From Paragordius varius (Eukaryota; Animalia; Nematomorpha), in assembly GCA_964247055.1 (NCBI GenBank), contig OZ176050.1, positions 14,446,001 through 14,510,000 on the forward strand: 64,000 nt of DNA. The letters are read 5' to 3'. This document shows positions 62,901 through 64,000 of the stretch, in pieces. The position numbers and the translations under genes are program-made. Within the stretch, counting starts at the first letter, position 1, and each line of letters begins with the position of its first letter. The notes beneath the pieces were generated by a model, which made no database searches, was not told the origin of the DNA, and saw only the letters and a list, made by a program, of their open reading frames with translations.

Positions 62901-63082
62901 ATTTTTGTTTTTTTTACTGGATTTTTTAAAACTAGGAAATGGCAAGCGATGAAATGAAAAAATTGCGACAACAATATACGAAAGAGGGCATAAATGATCA
63001 TCAAATGTCCACTATAACGGGCACACCGACAGACCTTTTCAAATGTTCCAAATGTAAAGGAAAAAATTGCACTTACACTCAA
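59934..63082 (+). CDS. TCEA: Transcription elongation factor S-II (TFIIS), 3'-incomplete
   Basis: Exons 59934-60002, 60105-60170, 60197-60305, 60333-60578, 61641-61694, 62105-62259, 62936-63082, all phase-compatible. Motifs: [93 protein letters not shown]. The last exon (QTRSADEP) is not in the window. Confidence 0.96.
61003..61239. mobile_element. hAT-like MITE (CAGGGGTGTCCAA-type termini)
   Basis: Ends CTGGGGTGTCCAA and TTGGACAACTCTG. Related copies end in GACACCCCTG at about 2885-3153 and 21655-21932. No TSD is recognisable. Confidence 0.55.
61695..62104 (+). other. U12-type (minor spliceosome) AT-AC intron in TFIIS
   Basis: 5' splice site ATATCCTTT, branch point CCTTAAC (62065-62071), 3' end ATAC. 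Removing it restores the frame (RCEDA-IFKEF). No GT-AG alternative preserves the protein. Confidence 0.88.
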
Positions 63083-64000
63083 GTACTCTATATATACATT
63101 TTAAGTCCTGTTTTTTTAGTTTAAATACTAAGTTTAAAAGTAGCTAAAGTACACACATTAAAAATTAAATTATGTACAACAAATGTGAAAACTAAAGACA
63201 TATAAATTGGTTATAAATTCGTATATAAAAATAAATAAATTTCTTGAAACAAAAAATGTATGTTTTATTAAATTTTTTAATATTTTATATGATTGAAACA
63301 TAAGGCGTATAATCCGAATCCTTTATTATTTAACATCTATACTAACAGTTAAAATTAATTTATCTATAAATTAAAACTCGTCTTCAAAATCTTAAAAGAC
63401 AAATGTTTTTTAGTCTCTTACCAACAATTCAAATCTCTATTCCTTATTTTGCAAGTTTAAACGATAAGTTATAATCAAAAATTCAGGGTTTAATATATGG
63501 TCATGTTTATTAAAAAATATATTTAACATTTACCCTCAAACAATGCAAATTCGACTGCGAACAATACAAATTCACATTTGAACAATTAGAATTTACCCTA
63601 AAAATAAATTAGGTATTTTTGGGCTATTATAACGCCTTATCAATATGAAATATATCTTTATGGCTTAGTTCATTATTTTTCGGTATAAATCTTAAACAAA
63701 AGTGTGAATTTCAATTGTTCGAGGATGTAATTTTTTAAGGTGTTAATTCAAAGGTAAATTATAATTATTCAAAAATTAATTTGAATTATATAAGGGGGAT
63801 TTATGAATTGTTCGAGAATGATTTTGAATTCTTTGAAGGTAAATTTGAATTGTTTAAGGGTGAATTTGAAATGTTTGAGGGTGATTTGAATTGTTCGTGG
63901 ATTTGAATTAATGATAAATATACAGGTGAATTTAAATCGTTTAAGGGTAAATTTGTAGTATAAATGGTATAGCTTTCACATTTTGCCTGTATACTCTATT

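Noticed and set aside
11066-63082. Antisense shadow ORFs over PCK, ALKBH4, CXC-gene, GPCR and TFIIS exons (for example 11066, 16333, 17856, 24719, 29863, 38664, 44741, 44986, 51404, 62067, 62831)
   Set aside because: Explained by the coding sequence on the opposite strand.

Overview
Very AT-rich eukaryotic genomic DNA, most likely from an invertebrate animal; the taxon cannot be assigned from the sequence alone. By hand-joining phase-compatible splice junctions I reconstruct six protein-coding loci. (1) A 12-exon GTP-dependent PEPCK on the minus strand (10991-28081) with a long N-terminal extension and three in-frame ATGs. (2, 3) Divergent from it, two intronless genes only 34 nt apart: 6-pyruvoyl-tetrahydropterin synthase (PTS) and ALKBH4. 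(4) A 14-exon, about 1,513-aa minus-strand gene (32810-45347) that the ORF track shows only as fragments; it has a long Asn/Ser/Gln-rich N-terminus and a C-terminal multi-cysteine CXC plus zinc-ribbon module, with a decayed Ty3/gypsy element in one intron. (5) An intronless divergent rhodopsin-class GPCR (51581-52741). (6) TFIIS/TCEA (59934 to beyond the window), which has 26- and 27-nt introns and a U12-type AT-AC intron. Non-coding DNA is full of MITEs, a 1.5-kb foldback element, a tandem Helitron pair, a SINE-like element and local tandem duplications. Several duplications copy PEPCK exon edges, and one creates an in-frame candidate cassette exon. Positions 1-10990 contain no gene I can support. 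All gene models are manual and were not checked against RNA data or databases.
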